Part shown: positions 10,791 to 20,266 of the stretch, in pieces | How the letters are laid out: each line of letters begins with the position of its first letter | Numbering within the stretch: the first letter of the stretch is position 1 | NCBI GenBank assembly: GCA_034521025.1 | Contig: JAXHMZ010000001.1 | Location: 15,921-79,920, forward strand | From: Candidatus Campbellbacteria bacterium | Lineage (GTDB): Bacteria > Patescibacteriota > Minisyncoccia > Phycocordibacterales > JAXHMZ01 | Length of the DNA stretch: 64,000 bases | Direction: 5' to 3' | Translations under genes and position numbers: made by a program | Notes under the pieces: generated by a model | The model's database searches: none | Told to the model about the DNA's origin: nothing | What the model saw: the letters and a program-made list of their open reading frames with translations, nothing else

Positions 10791-10837
10791 AACGTCCGAT
10801 TCCACGATCCTAGATAGTTCCTTTCTTCGCAGAAGCC

Positions 10838-10870
10838 AGAGGCCGCACAAGCGGCCTCTTTATTATGAAA
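10838..10870 (+). terminator. Rho-independent terminator
   Basis: gaggccgcacaagcggcctc followed by TTTATT. Confidence 0.55.
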
Positions 10871-10914
10871 CATTGATTTAAGAAGACATAAATTATAGAC
10901 TTTTAGAGAAAGAT

Positions 10915-10997
10915 GCCGGAGTGGCGGAATTGGTAGACGCGCACGACTCAAAATCGTGTTCCTTCGGGAGTGGGAGTTCGATTCTCCCCTCCGGCAC
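10915..10997 (+). tRNA. tRNA-Leu(CAA), type II, no encoded CCA
   Basis: Hand fold: acceptor GCCGGAG/CTCCGGC, anticodon stem CACGA/TCGTG, loop CTCAAAA, long variable arm, T-loop TTCGATT. Confidence 0.8.
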
Positions 10998-11400
10998 TAC
11001 GAACAGAGTGAGTTGAGGCGGAGAGCGGGCAAACTGCTTTGCCCGTGTGAGAGAAGCGAAAGACGGAGTATATTGCGAGCGAAGCGGAGCAATTCGAGTC
11101 GGGGTCGCGAGGCTGCCGAAGGCAGAACTTGTGACCGATTCTCCCCTCCGGCACTACGAACAGAGTGAGTTGAGGCGGAGAGCGGGCAAACTGCTTTGCC
11201 CGTGTGAGAGAAGCGAAAGACGGAGTATATTGCGAGCGAAGCGGAGCAATTCGAGTCGGGGTCGCGAGGCTGCCGAAGGCAGAACTTGTGACCGATTCTC
11301 CCCTCCGGCACCAGAGCAAAGTGAGTTGAGGCGGAGAGCGGGCAAACTGCTTTGCCCGTGTGAGAGAAGCGAAAGACGGTGAGTTGAACCGGAATTGGGC
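10998..11400 (+). repeat. tRNA-3'-end-associated modular repeat array, about 2.7 units, period 150 bp; each unit ends in ...GACCGATTCTCCCCTCCGGCAC (tRNA-Leu 3' mimic)
   Basis: Unit cgattctcccctccggcactACGAACAGAGTGAGttgaggcggagagcgggcaaactgctttgcccgtgtgagagaagcgaaagacgg... is repeated at 10977, 11127 and 11277. Confidence 0.85.
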
Positions 11401-11442
11401 GCAAATAAATGCTTCAATCTATAGATTGAAGCATTTATTTGC
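11401..11442. repeat. Perfect 42-nt palindrome containing the core aaatgcttcaatctatagattgaagcattt (a second copy of the core is at 40381-40414)
   Basis: gcaaataaatgcttcaatcta|tagattgaagcatttatttgc. The 30-nt core is identical at both sites. Confidence 0.85.
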
Positions 11443-11474
11443 TACTATTTCTCGTATAAACATGCATTTAATTT

Positions 11475-12362
11475 ATGAAAGATAAGATTTTGGCTATCGT
11501 TGGACCTACGGCCGTAGGGAAAAGTAACTTGGCAGTGAACCTGGCTCTTGAATTTAATGGCGAAGTAATTTCCGCCGATTCTCGTCAGATCTACAAAGGA
11601 CTAGACATTGGAACCGGGAAGATAACCGAGGGAGAGAAAAAGGAAGTGACCCATTATATGATCGATATAGCCGACCCCAGAGAGCAATACACTGTAGCAG
11701 AGTGGAAAAATAACACCGAAAAGATCATATCCGAAGTTCTATCCAAGGACAGACTGCCGATCATTTGCGGAGGCACTGGTCAGTATATAGAAGCTATAGT
11801 AGATAATATTTCATATCCAAACGTCCCTCCTAACTACGAACTGCGAGATAAACTTCAAGATAAAAGTCCGGAAAAGCTTTTTGCAATACTAATGTCCAAA
11901 GACGAAGATCGCGCGAATACGATAGATAGAAATAACCCACGCCGAATTATACGCGCCATTGAAATAGCAGAATCTATTGGAAAAGTGCCGCCACTCGAAA
12001 GTGATCCTAAATACAATGCTCTTCAGATCGGTCTGTACCTGCCACGCGAGAAGCTGAAAAACCGTATAAAAAATAGATTGGAATCGCGCCTAGAGATAGG
12101 AATGGTCGAAGAAGCCAAAAAAATTCACAGCAATGGCATATCGTACAAACGAATGGATGAACTGGGATTAGAGTATCGCTACTTGGCAAAATACCTGCAA
12201 AACGAAATGACATACGAAGAAATGAAGGAGAAGCTAGAAACAGAAATATACCAATATTCAGTACGTCAACTACGTTGGTTCCGGCGCGATAATAGAATCA
12301 AGTGGTTCACTCCGGAAGAAAACGATCAAATCCAAGAGGAGGTGCGCAAATTTTTAACGTAA
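11475..12362 (+). CDS. miaA: tRNA dimethylallyltransferase
   Basis: P-loop GPTAVGKS. Overall MiaA-like (DSRQIYKGLDIGTGKIT). Confidence 0.85.
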   Translation: MKDKILAIVGPTAVGKSNLAVNLALEFNGEVISADSRQIYKGLDIGTGKITEGEKKEVTHYMIDIADPREQYTVAEWKNNTEKIISEVLSKDRLPIICGGTGQYIEAIVDNISYPNVPPNYELRDKLQDKSPEKLFAILMSKDEDRANTIDRNNPRRIIRAIEIAESIGKVPPLESDPKYNALQIGLYLPREKLKNRIKNRLESRLEIGMVEEAKKIHSNGISYKRMDELGLEYRYLAKYLQNEMTYEEMKEKLETEIYQYSVRQLRWFRRDNRIKWFTPEENDQIQEEVRKFLT

Positions 12363-12393
12363 AAAGCCCCGCGGTATATATACCGCGGGGCTA
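12363..12393. terminator. Bidirectional terminator between convergent genes
   Basis: aaaagccccgcggtatatataccgcggggct. Confidence 0.55.
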
Positions 12394-12435
12394 GAGGTTT
12401 CATCACCTCCTTATCAAAAAACTAAAGGAAGACGG

Positions 12436-14328
12436 TTAGTCACACAGTGTCCAGCCGTGTAAGTAGTCGAGTTTCCTATTGCCGTATCGCACCTCACCAT
12501 CAAAGTGATGGATAATGGTGTGTCCGACAAACAGGTCTGCCTGCCAACCGTGGTTATTGCCCTGTTGTTCAGACACATCACACGGTGGGTACCCGATGAT
12601 CGTCATCTCAGCCGGACCATTTTCGTCCGCTGGAGCAATCTCTCCGGTCCAGGAGGTTGAAGGCTCCTGATGATCGAGAGCACCAGACTGATCGTGCTTG
12701 TAGTAGATCGCCCAACCGAAGTTGTAGCAATCTTCTTCTGATGTGTTGGTGACAGTGAACTCAAGACTGCCATCGGGAAGCTCGGTGATAGTACCGGTGA
12801 GACCGGTAGCATCATCAGCACTCGTGGGATCAACGCATACTAGCGTCTCACCGTCTTTGCCATCCTGGCCATCTTCTCCGTCTTCGCCATCCTGACCGTC
12901 TTCACCGTCGGCTCCGTCGCAAACGTACCAAGTACCTGTTACTTCGGAGTTGTCGAGGATGCCGTTGCGGTTGTTGTCAAGACCAACTTCAACCCTAACA
13001 CCACCGTTTTCACAGTTCTCTCCCGAAGAAACGCTTGTAGTGTCGACGAGAGTAGTGAATCCATCTTCGCCGTCCTCGCCATCTTCTCCGTCTTCCGGGT
13101 AACCAATGAAAACTGTTTCGGTGACTTCAGACTCTTCGAGCGTATCGTTGCGATTGGAGTCGAGGCCAAAGTAGAGAGTTACACCCTCTTCTCCGAACTC
13201 AACGTCAACAAGTACGTTGTAACCGTCTTCGCCATCTTCACCGTCTTCGCCGTCCTGACCGTCTTCGCCATCGCTGGGACGGCAGAAGCGCACACTTTGC
13301 TCGACTTCGCTTTCTTCAAGCTCGCCGTTGCGGTTGGTGTCGAGACCGGTCTCGAAGAGTACGCCACCGTTGCGACAGATGTCGCCAGGATGGATCTCTA
13401 CGACGTCGACTAGACTATTGTATCCGTCTTCGCCGTCCTGACCGTCCTCACCATCTTCGCCATCTTCACCGTCTTCGCCGTCCCGACCGTCTTCACCGTC
13501 GACTCCGTCGCAAACGTAAGTAACATCAGTTACTTCGCTTTCGTCCAGAACCGTATCACGGTCAGTATCCAGGCCAACGCTTACTCGCGTACCTCCATTC
13601 GGACATTCTTGTGATTCTTCGATGGGCGTGGTGTCAATTAAAGCTGTATGCCCATCTTCACCGTCTTCGCCATCGGCACCATCTTCACCGTCTTCACCGT
13701 CTTCGGGGAACGGAATAAAGATGGTTTCTGTTACCTCCGAATCATCGAGCTCGCCGTTGCGGTTAGTGTCGAGACCAAGCTCTACTGTAACGCCATCTGA
13801 TTCAAAAATGACGTTAAACAGAACGCTGAGTCCGTCTTCGCCGTCCTCACCGTCGGCACCATCTCGACCGTCTCTGCCATCTTCACCGTCCTCGCCGTCG
13901 ACACCATCTCTGCCGTCTTCGCCATCCTCACCGTCTTCGCCATCCTCACCGTCGCGAGGGATAACCAGAACGTCTACGACACAGTGCGCTTGACTGTTAA
14001 GGTAGTTATACGTTTCGTATGTAAACGTATACGTACCATCGGGCAGACAATCGCCAGTCCAGCTGGAAACGCCGACAGCTCTTGCCTGCTCTGCTACTGT
14101 CACACGCGTCCGTGTGGTTCCGGGTGTGAGCTCGTAGGTAAGCTGTGAGCCATGGTCTTCGACCGGCTCAATTACGTTTCCGGATTCATCCAGAAGCGCA
14201 AGCTCGATCCCAGTGGCGCCGTCCGGCGCAGAATACTCTACTTCAAGAGTATTAACAGGCATCGGACGACTACAAGCCGCCAGCAGTAACGCTAGAAAGA
14301 CCGCTGAAAGTATGTAAAGCTTTTTCAC
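12436..14328 (-). CDS. Acidic surface lipoprotein with (Gly-Glu/Arg-Asp)n collagen-like triplet runs alternating with EF-hand-type Ca-binding loops
   Basis: Start set to GTG at 14328 after AGGGGAGG (MKKLYILSAVFLALLLAACS lipobox). Triplet run GEDGEDGEDGEDGRDGVDGEDGEDGRDGRDGADGEDGEDG. Five or more loops of the form DTNRNGELDDSE (D-x-N-x-N-G-x-L-D-x-x-E). Confidence 0.55.
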   Translation of the reverse strand: MKKLYILSAVFLALLLAACSRPMPVNTLEVEYSAPDGATGIELALLDESGNVIEPVEDHGSQLTYELTPGTTRTRVTVAEQARAVGVSSWTGDCLPDGTYTFTYETYNYLNSQAHCVVDVLVIPRDGEDGEDGEDGEDGRDGVDGEDGEDGRDGRDGADGEDGEDGLSVLFNVIFESDGVTVELGLDTNRNGELDDSEVTETIFIPFPEDGEDGEDGADGEDGEDGHTALIDTTPIEESQECPNGGTRVSVGLDTDRDTVLDESEVTDVTYVCDGVDGEDGRDGEDGEDGEDGEDGQDGEDGYNSLVDVVEIHPGDICRNGGVLFETGLDTNRNGELEESEVEQSVRFCRPSDGEDGQDGEDGEDGEDGYNVLVDVEFGEEGVTLYFGLDSNRNDTLEESEVTETVFIGYPEDGEDGEDGEDGFTTLVDTTSVSSGENCENGGVRVEVGLDNNRNGILDNSEVTGTWYVCDGADGEDGQDGEDGEDGQDGKDGETLVCVDPTSADDATGLTGTITELPDGSLEFTVTNTSEEDCYNFGWAIYYKHDQSGALDHQEPSTSWTGEIAPADENGPAEMTIIGYPPCDVSEQQGNNHGWQADLFVGHTIIHHFDGEVRYGNRKLDYLHGWTLCD

Positions 14329-14341
14329 TGGCCTCCCCTTT

Positions 14342-15529
14342 CTAGAAGTGGACATTTACACCAACGCCCAATTCGAGATCCGTCTCCCTGGGATCGGTGA
14401 TCGTATCGAATTGATTACTCAAACCGATCTCAGTAAAGGGACGGAAAACTTCGGTCGCTTCAAACTCCAAGCCGGCAAACATCACTCCCGCAAAACCGTT
14501 GCGAGGCTCGTCAAACGAGCCTTCCTGCGCACCGAACTGGTAGAACAATCCGCCACCTGCGTAGGGGTTGGCACTACCTGCCACATAGGGCCAGAACAGC
14601 ACATCAACTCCGACGCCAAACATCATGGCTTCTACTCCGCCGGCTCTGTTCAGAGACAAGTGACCGCGCACGCCAAGCCCTTCTTCGCTCGACGAAAGCA
14701 AGCCAGTATCTCCAACGTGAAGGTTTAGCGCAAGTGGAGAAATTCCGCCAACGGAAGCACCAACGTATGTGGTAGACGGACGATCAGGGGTGGTATACAC
14801 CACCTCCGTTACGCCATCTTCACCCGCTGGTCCACGTGGGCCTTCTGGTCCTTGTTCTCCAGTTTCGCCTTGCGGACCGGCAGGTCCTTGTGAACCTGCT
14901 TCACCGCGAGGACCGGGCTCGCCTTGCGAACCTTCCAGACCTTGTTCTCCACGGGGACCAATGTCACCTTGCTCGCCCGGCAGACCCATAGGGCCAGCCA
15001 GACCTTGTTCTCCGTCTTCGCCTTGCGGGCCCTGTGGTCCGACTTCGCCGCGAGGACCTCGGATATTACCAAGCTCTCGCATCTCACCGTCCGTGTACGT
15101 AATCGAGAGGTTGCCCTCTTCATCGAGGTAAACACTCTCTATTCCGCGTCCGGGCTCCCCTTCGGGGCCTTGCGGACCGGCGGGGCCTTGTGGGCCTGCT
15201 TCACCGCTTTCTCCCTCAGGACCCCGAGGACCTTGCGGGCCTTCGGTTTGTGGCAAGCATTCTGATTCCAGAATGCGAGCAATGACGACAAACGCCTCGT
15301 TACGCGTCAGGCTATCCCGACCGCGAATTGTAAACGTACCTTCGTCGCCGACAATGACGTTGCACTCAACCGCTCGGTTAAGCGCTTCGCGCGCCCAATC
15401 GACCACCGATTCCATATCGGTGAATACTTCGGGTGCTGGATGTGCCGCCCCGATAGGCGGCTCCGAATCTTGTGCCTGCGCAATAGGGATAACGAAGAGT
15501 AGGAAAAGCGCAAAACAAAACTTTTTCAC
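14342..15529 (-). CDS. SLH-domain protein with collagen-like Gly-X-Y repeats and a C-terminal domain ending in F
   Basis: GTG start after AGGAGAAG. Signal peptide. SLH-like segment [85 protein letters not shown] and further GLxGxxGxxG runs. C-terminus ...GVGVNVHF. Confidence 0.55.
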   Translation of the reverse strand: MKKFCFALFLLFVIPIAQAQDSEPPIGAAHPAPEVFTDMESVVDWAREALNRAVECNVIVGDEGTFTIRGRDSLTRNEAFVVIARILESECLPQTEGPQGPRGPEGESGEAGPQGPAGPQGPEGEPGRGIESVYLDEEGNLSITYTDGEMRELGNIRGPRGEVGPQGPQGEDGEQGLAGPMGLPGEQGDIGPRGEQGLEGSQGEPGPRGEAGSQGPAGPQGETGEQGPEGPRGPAGEDGVTEVVYTTPDRPSTTYVGASVGGISPLALNLHVGDTGLLSSSEEGLGVRGHLSLNRAGGVEAMMFGVGVDVLFWPYVAGSANPYAGGGLFYQFGAQEGSFDEPRNGFAGVMFAGLEFEATEVFRPFTEIGLSNQFDTITDPRETDLELGVGVNVHF

Positions 15530-15656
15530 CGTCTTCTCCTTTCAAGAAATTTCTAGTTATAGGGCGAATATTTGTATGACTATTTCCTCCTTTCTGTAAA
15601 GAGCTTCAAAACAAAAAATACTAACAATTTAGGGTTTTGTCAATTTATGATCTGCT

Positions 15657-15849
15657 ATAATTGTTCGCTTTCTCGCTCCCTTCACTCACGCTGTTCGTTG
15701 CGGGTCCGAGCCGGGACTCGAATCTTACAGATTCGGTACAGATCTCGTATCGTGCTCGCAAAGCTGCGCGCGATTAACTCGATCTTTTCTCGTCCTGGCG
15801 AAAGCGAAATTGTTCGCTTTCTCGCTCCCTTCACTCACGCTGTTCGTTG
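15657..15849 (-). repeat. tRNA-3'-end-associated repeat: one 151-nt unit plus a partial second unit; the unit ends in GATTCGAGTCCCGGCTCGGACCCGCA (tRNA-Trp 3' mimic)
   Basis: aattgttcgctttctcgctcccttcactcacgctgttcgttgcgggtcc occurs at 15657 and 15808. The minus-strand left end is ACGAACAGCGTGAG. Confidence 0.8.
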
Positions 15850-15921
15850 CGGGTCCAGCAGGACTCGAACCTGCAGTCCTGGTTTTGGAGACCAGTGGTT
15901 TGCCAATTAACCGATAGACCC
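15850..15921 (-). tRNA. tRNA-Trp(CCA)
   Basis: Acceptor GGGTCTA/TGGACCC, anticodon stem CTGGT/ACCAG, loop CTCCAAA. Confidence 0.75.
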
Positions 15922-15985
15922 CTACCGACAAATAGTACACAAAAATTTTGAAAAACAAAATAAAAGCCACTCGTGGACAAGTAGC

Positions 15986-16151
15986 TTTTAGTAAACTATT
16001 TCTTAGACTCTTTGAAAAGCACGTGTTTTCGCACGTTAGGGTCGTATTTTTTTAGTTCGATCTTCCGAGTTACGAGCTTCTTATTCTTACGAGAATAGTA
16101 TACGTAGTCCGACTCGGTTGATTTTAGTTTGATTAATTGATCCTGTGACAT
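15986..16151 (-). CDS. rpmG: 50S ribosomal protein L33 (54 aa; below the ORF-track length cutoff)
   Basis: Own translation: MSQDQLIKLKSTESDYVYYSRKNKKLVTRKIELKKYDPNVRKHVLFKESKK. Confidence 0.7.
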
Positions 16152-16295
16152 AGTTTTAGATTTGAATATAACGCTAGGTACTATAATAAATCACTAAGAA
16201 TTAGTCAATGTAACGATATTGTGCTTTTTCCCAAACTTCACTCTCGTCAATATGCTAAACTGCATACATATCAAGCAGTCTTTAACTATTAAATT

Positions 16296-16967
16296 ATGGC
16301 GCTTTCAGACAAACAAATTTTAGAACAAAAAGAAAAAGGAGATATAGTGATCGAACCGTTTATAGAAGAAAATATTTCTACTTCAAGTTATGATGTAACG
16401 CTTGGAGAATATTTTTTCTTTGAAAAATCACCAGGCCGGTTCCAAAATATATATAACCCCTATGACGAAGCACACGTGGAGAAAATTTGGGGTAAAGAGC
16501 CGAGCCAAGCACAACCGGCAAAAGAAACATTCAAGCATTACAAATTCGAATTTGAGGGGATAGAGCCGGACGATAAGGTAATAGTGCTGGATCCGGGAGA
16601 AACTATATTAGCTCACACAAACGAATTTATCGGCGGTAAGAAACACATAACCACGATGATGAAGGCGCGATCCAGCTTGGGTCGTAATTTTATAGAAGTT
16701 TGTAAGTGCGCTGGCTGGGGAGACGTGGGATACGTGAATCGCTGGACCATGGAGATAACAAATAACTCCAAGTTTTACTCTATACCTCTAGTAGTCGGAA
16801 GAAGAGTCGCCCAGATCATATTTTTTGAAACCGGAGAAATACGCGGTGACGATTATACTAAAGACGGTAAGTATCAGTCTATAGGATTAGAAGGTCTAAA
16901 AGAAAACTGGGATCCTTCAATGATGATCCCCAAAATGTACAATGACAGAGAAGTAAAACAAAGATAG
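16296..16967 (+). CDS. dcd: dCTP deaminase family protein
   Basis: SSYDVTLG motif and dUTPase-like fold signatures. Confidence 0.7.
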   Translation: MALSDKQILEQKEKGDIVIEPFIEENISTSSYDVTLGEYFFFEKSPGRFQNIYNPYDEAHVEKIWGKEPSQAQPAKETFKHYKFEFEGIEPDDKVIVLDPGETILAHTNEFIGGKKHITTMMKARSSLGRNFIEVCKCAGWGDVGYVNRWTMEITNNSKFYSIPLVVGRRVAQIIFFETGEIRGDDYTKDGKYQSIGLEGLKENWDPSMMIPKMYNDREVKQR

Positions 16968-16969
16968 CT

Positions 16970-17120
16970 ATTCGAATTCTGACACGAGCAAAGCAGTTTG
17001 TTTTGGGATTCTCTCCTTACAGGAGCTGTACACCTTTCGTATCGTACTCACTTTGTTCCGTGCGATATACTCAAGGTTTTCGAATCCTGCCCGAAAGCTT
17101 CGCTTTCTCGGCCACAAAAT
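16970..17120 (-). repeat. tRNA-associated repeat module in permuted/inverted arrangement downstream of tRNA-Tyr
   Basis: Minus-strand reading contains cggGAACAAAGTGAG, CTGTACAGCTCCTGTAAGGAG, CAAACTGCTTTGC and GAGTATATCGCAC. Also an inverted copy of the tRNA-Tyr T-arm region (cgggcaggattcgaa). Confidence 0.6.
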
Positions 17121-17151
17121 AAAAACCCCAACAAATGGGGTTTTTATTTTG
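17121..17151 (-). terminator. Rho-independent terminator immediately 3' of tRNA-Tyr
   Basis: Minus-strand aaaaccccatttgttggggttttt followed by a T-run. Confidence 0.65.
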
Positions 17152-17236
17152 TGCGCCGGGCAGGATTCGAACCTGCGTAGCCCATAGGGCGACAGATTTA
17201 CAGTCTGTTGCGATTGACCACTCCGCCACCGACGCA
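17152..17236 (-). tRNA. tRNA-Tyr(GTA), type II
   Basis: Acceptor GCGTCGG/CCGGCGC (with one G-T pair), loop CTGTAAA, long variable arm CGCCCTATGGGCTAC. Confidence 0.75.
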
Positions 17237-17323
17237 TTTTCTGGACCGCGTAATCAATATAATTACGAGCTCCAGAAAAATATATCACAGAGTCACCGCT
17301 TTTCAAAGTTAGAGTTTTTGAAA

Positions 17324-20014
17324 CTACGCGGCAACTTTTTCTTTTGAATTGCTTTTAGCTCTTTGTTTACGAGAGCGCTTGCTTACTTCAAAAGTAAGCT
17401 CGTCTTTCTTCACGCCTACAGTAACTGTGGCGCCCTCACCCAGACCATCTCCGATCATTCGGTTGGCTATTGGGGTCAATATGTTCGACTGGATCAACCG
17501 TTTCAAAGGTCGAGCTCCATAAGTAGGATCGTAGCCTTTGTCTGCGAGGTATTCCAGAGCCGTCTCGGTAAGTTTCAGAGTAATTCCTCTATCCGCCAAT
17601 CTTTTCCTAACCACATCTACCTGTATTTTGACAATATTCTTGATAACCTCTTTTTCTAGAATATTGAAGATAACTACATCGTCCAGACGATTCAAGAATT
17701 CTGGCGAGAAATGATCTTTTAGCGCTTTCATAACGTTGCTCTTGGCCTCGTCGTAACGAGTGATATCGTCCATTTCCGGATGAGTAAACCCGATCTTCTC
17801 CATCTGTTGAATGTGTTTTGATCCCACGTTAGAAGTGAGAATAATGATCGTATTCTTGAAGTTTACTTTCCTTCCTTTGGCATCGGTCAAATGTCCATTG
17901 TCCAACACCTGTAGAAGTATATTAAATACTTCCGGGTGCGCCTTCTCTATCTCGTCAAATAGAATCACCGAATATGGGCGGTGGCGCACCTTTTCAGTGA
18001 GCTGTCCACCTTCGTCATATCCAACATAACCAGCCGGAGCTCCGATCATTTTTGAAACCGCGTGTTTTTCCATGTACTCGGACATATCTACTCGTATCAA
18101 CGCGTTCTCATCGTTGAACATAAACTCAGCCAAAGCTTTGGTTAGCTCAGTTTTACCTACTCCGGTTGGACCCAAGAACATAAACGATCCGATCGGCCTG
18201 TTAGGGTCAGCAATTCCTACTCGGGAACGCTTAATGGCATCCGATATTTTCTCAATTGCCTGATCCTGTCCCTTGACCCGACTTTTGAGCTCTTTTTCAA
18301 TTCGGGCCAATTTTCTGGATTCTTCTTCAAGCATCCGGTTAACCGGTACTCCAGTCCAACGAGATACCACCGAAGCCACGTCTTCTTCTTTCACTTCTTC
18401 GTTTAGAACTTTGCGAGACCTCTGAAGTTTTTTGAGCTTCTTGTTTTTAGTATCGAGCTCTTTTTCAATTGAAGGTATTTCTACGTAACGGATCTCGGCG
18501 GCCTTTGAAAGGTCAGCGCGAGCTTCAGCGTCTTCGGCCTCGAGCCGACGTTCTTCAAATTCTTTCTTCAGACGTTTAATGTCGGTAAGAACATTCTTTT
18601 CATTTTTCCACTTAAGCTCAAGCTCGGAGGTCTCTTCTCGAAGATCAGCAATGTTTTTATCTATTTCTTTAATGCGTTTCTTGAGTCCGCGTTTCTTGCT
18701 ATTGTCTTCGAGCTCATTCTTTAATGCCTCCTTCTCTACCTCGAGACGCATTATCTTCTGATGTGTCTCTTCCAACAACTCCGGCTTATTCTCGAGCGAT
18801 ATCTTCAGCTGACTGGACGCTTCATCGATCAGATCTATTGCCTTATCCGGCAAGAACCGATCCGTGATATAGCGACTTGATAGATCAACAGCCGCGACAA
18901 TAGCTCCGTCGGTAATCTTTACACCGTGGTAGAGCTCATATTTTTCTTTTAGTCCGCGCAAGATAGCCGTCGCGTCCTCCACAGAAGGTTCGTTTACGTA
19001 TATTGGTTGGAACCTACGAGTAAGAGCAGGATCTTTCTCGATGTATTTTTGATATTCCTTTAATGTAGTCGCGCCAATTGCACGTAGATCTCCACGCGCA
19101 AGAGCTGGCTTTAGCATGTTCGATGCATCCATAGATCCTTCAGCCGCTCCTGCCCCGACTATGGTGTGAATTTCGTCGACAAAGAGAATAACTTGGCCTT
19201 CCGCTTTCTCGATCTCTTTCATTATTTTCTTCAGACGATCTTCAAACTCGCCACGGTACTTTGTACCGGCTATGAGGGAGCCAATGTCAAGCGAGACGAG
19301 ATCTTTTCCCTTTAGTGACTCTGGCACGTCACCCGCTGCCACGCGATTGGCCAACCCTTCAACAATAGCCGTTTTTCCAACCCCCGCTTCTCCTATAAGG
19401 ATGGGGTTGTTTTTATTACGTCGAGACAATATCTGTATCAAGCGGTGGATTTCATTGTCGCGTCCAATGACCGGATCCAGCTTATTCTCCTTTGCTAATT
19501 GTGTTAGTGATCGAGTGTACTTTTGGATGGAGCGATTCTTCGGAGAGTTGTCTACATCCGAGATCTTGCCTTCACGTAACTGCTTCAAGATCGAAAGAAT
19601 ATCGTCCTTTGATATCTTAAAACGCTCAAGTGTTTCGCGAGCCTTGCTAGGAATTTCGAGACAAGCTATCAACAAGTGCTCGGTTGATATAAATTCATCG
19701 TCGAGGTCTTGCGCGGTCTTTCCAGACGACTCAAGGACTTGGGCAAGCTCCGGTGTTAAGTAAATCTGATATGAAGGAGAAAGCGTGGAATTGCTCTGCG
19801 TATCTTCGAGCATATCCAGAATATTGTCGGTAAGAAGTATAGTATCCACCTCCAGTTTCTCGAGTATTGAGAAAACCGAACTTTCTTCTTGAAGAATAAG
19901 AGCCGCGAGCAAGTGCAGCGGGTTCACGTGATTCTGACCCCGCTCAACCGCGAGCTCATGGGCTTTTCTTATTGCTTCACGGGCTTTGGATGTGAAGTTA
20001 TTGAATGGTGCCAT
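17324..20014 (-). CDS. clpB: ATP-dependent chaperone ClpB (two AAA+ modules plus coiled-coil M domain)
   Basis: Clp N domain, Walker A GEAGVGKT and GPTGVGKT, long coiled-coil middle domain. Confidence 0.9.
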   Translation of the reverse strand: MAPFNNFTSKAREAIRKAHELAVERGQNHVNPLHLLAALILQEESSVFSILEKLEVDTILLTDNILDMLEDTQSNSTLSPSYQIYLTPELAQVLESSGKTAQDLDDEFISTEHLLIACLEIPSKARETLERFKISKDDILSILKQLREGKISDVDNSPKNRSIQKYTRSLTQLAKENKLDPVIGRDNEIHRLIQILSRRNKNNPILIGEAGVGKTAIVEGLANRVAAGDVPESLKGKDLVSLDIGSLIAGTKYRGEFEDRLKKIMKEIEKAEGQVILFVDEIHTIVGAGAAEGSMDASNMLKPALARGDLRAIGATTLKEYQKYIEKDPALTRRFQPIYVNEPSVEDATAILRGLKEKYELYHGVKITDGAIVAAVDLSSRYITDRFLPDKAIDLIDEASSQLKISLENKPELLEETHQKIMRLEVEKEALKNELEDNSKKRGLKKRIKEIDKNIADLREETSELELKWKNEKNVLTDIKRLKKEFEERRLEAEDAEARADLSKAAEIRYVEIPSIEKELDTKNKKLKKLQRSRKVLNEEVKEEDVASVVSRWTGVPVNRMLEEESRKLARIEKELKSRVKGQDQAIEKISDAIKRSRVGIADPNRPIGSFMFLGPTGVGKTELTKALAEFMFNDENALIRVDMSEYMEKHAVSKMIGAPAGYVGYDEGGQLTEKVRHRPYSVILFDEIEKAHPEVFNILLQVLDNGHLTDAKGRKVNFKNTIIILTSNVGSKHIQQMEKIGFTHPEMDDITRYDEAKSNVMKALKDHFSPEFLNRLDDVVIFNILEKEVIKNIVKIQVDVVRKRLADRGITLKLTETALEYLADKGYDPTYGARPLKRLIQSNILTPIANRMIGDGLGEGATVTVGVKKDELTFEVSKRSRKQRAKSNSKEKVAA

Positions 20015-20075
20015 GTGAATTAGTAGTTAGTTTCAAGTAATATGTTCGTCTTAAAAGACAAGATTATTTTTTAAT

Positions 20076-20104
20076 GGTGAGTCTGCAATATACAACGTTT
20101 TCTG
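20076..20104 (-). promoter_or_regulatory. Putative sigma70-type promoter for clpB (minus strand TTGACA, 16-nt spacer, TATATT)
   Basis: Reverse complement reads ttgacaaaatcagaaaacgttgtatattg, about 60 nt upstream of the clpB start. Confidence 0.35.
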
Positions 20105-20266
20105 ATTTTGTCAAAACGATCGCCGCTTTTCCGCTTCTGTTTCTTTGCCTTCAGATTAGACAGACGTTAGAGCTCGCTGTGTGCTTACACCTCTGTTCTT
20201 ATCTCTCATTATAACAAGAGACACGAAAAGTAAAAACTTGAATTGAACTCGATCTATTTTGCGTTT

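Noticed and set aside
10948-11417. Four overlapping ORFs (87-135 aa, both strands) listed in the six-frame track.
   Set aside because: They lie entirely inside the 150-bp tandem repeat array behind tRNA-Leu(CAA). The proteins are themselves repetitive (SASTHSVRSAGGENR...) and overlap the tRNA, so they are translation artefacts of the repeats.
13622-13993. ORF with a PSSPSSPS repeat on the plus strand.
   Set aside because: It is the antisense translation of the GEDGED-encoding repeats of the 12436-14328 gene. The same applies to the TTATM and VVVV-rich ORFs at 6697-7098 and 6864-7070, which are antisense to the acidic lipoprotein gene.
20015-20266. Possible CIRCE/HrcA or CtsR operator upstream of clpB, and a parS site near parB.
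   Set aside because: No match to TTAGCACTC-N9-GAGTGCTAA, to the CtsR heptad repeat, or to TGTTNCACGTGAAACA was seen on inspection. Only a sigma70-like -35/-10 pair was found.
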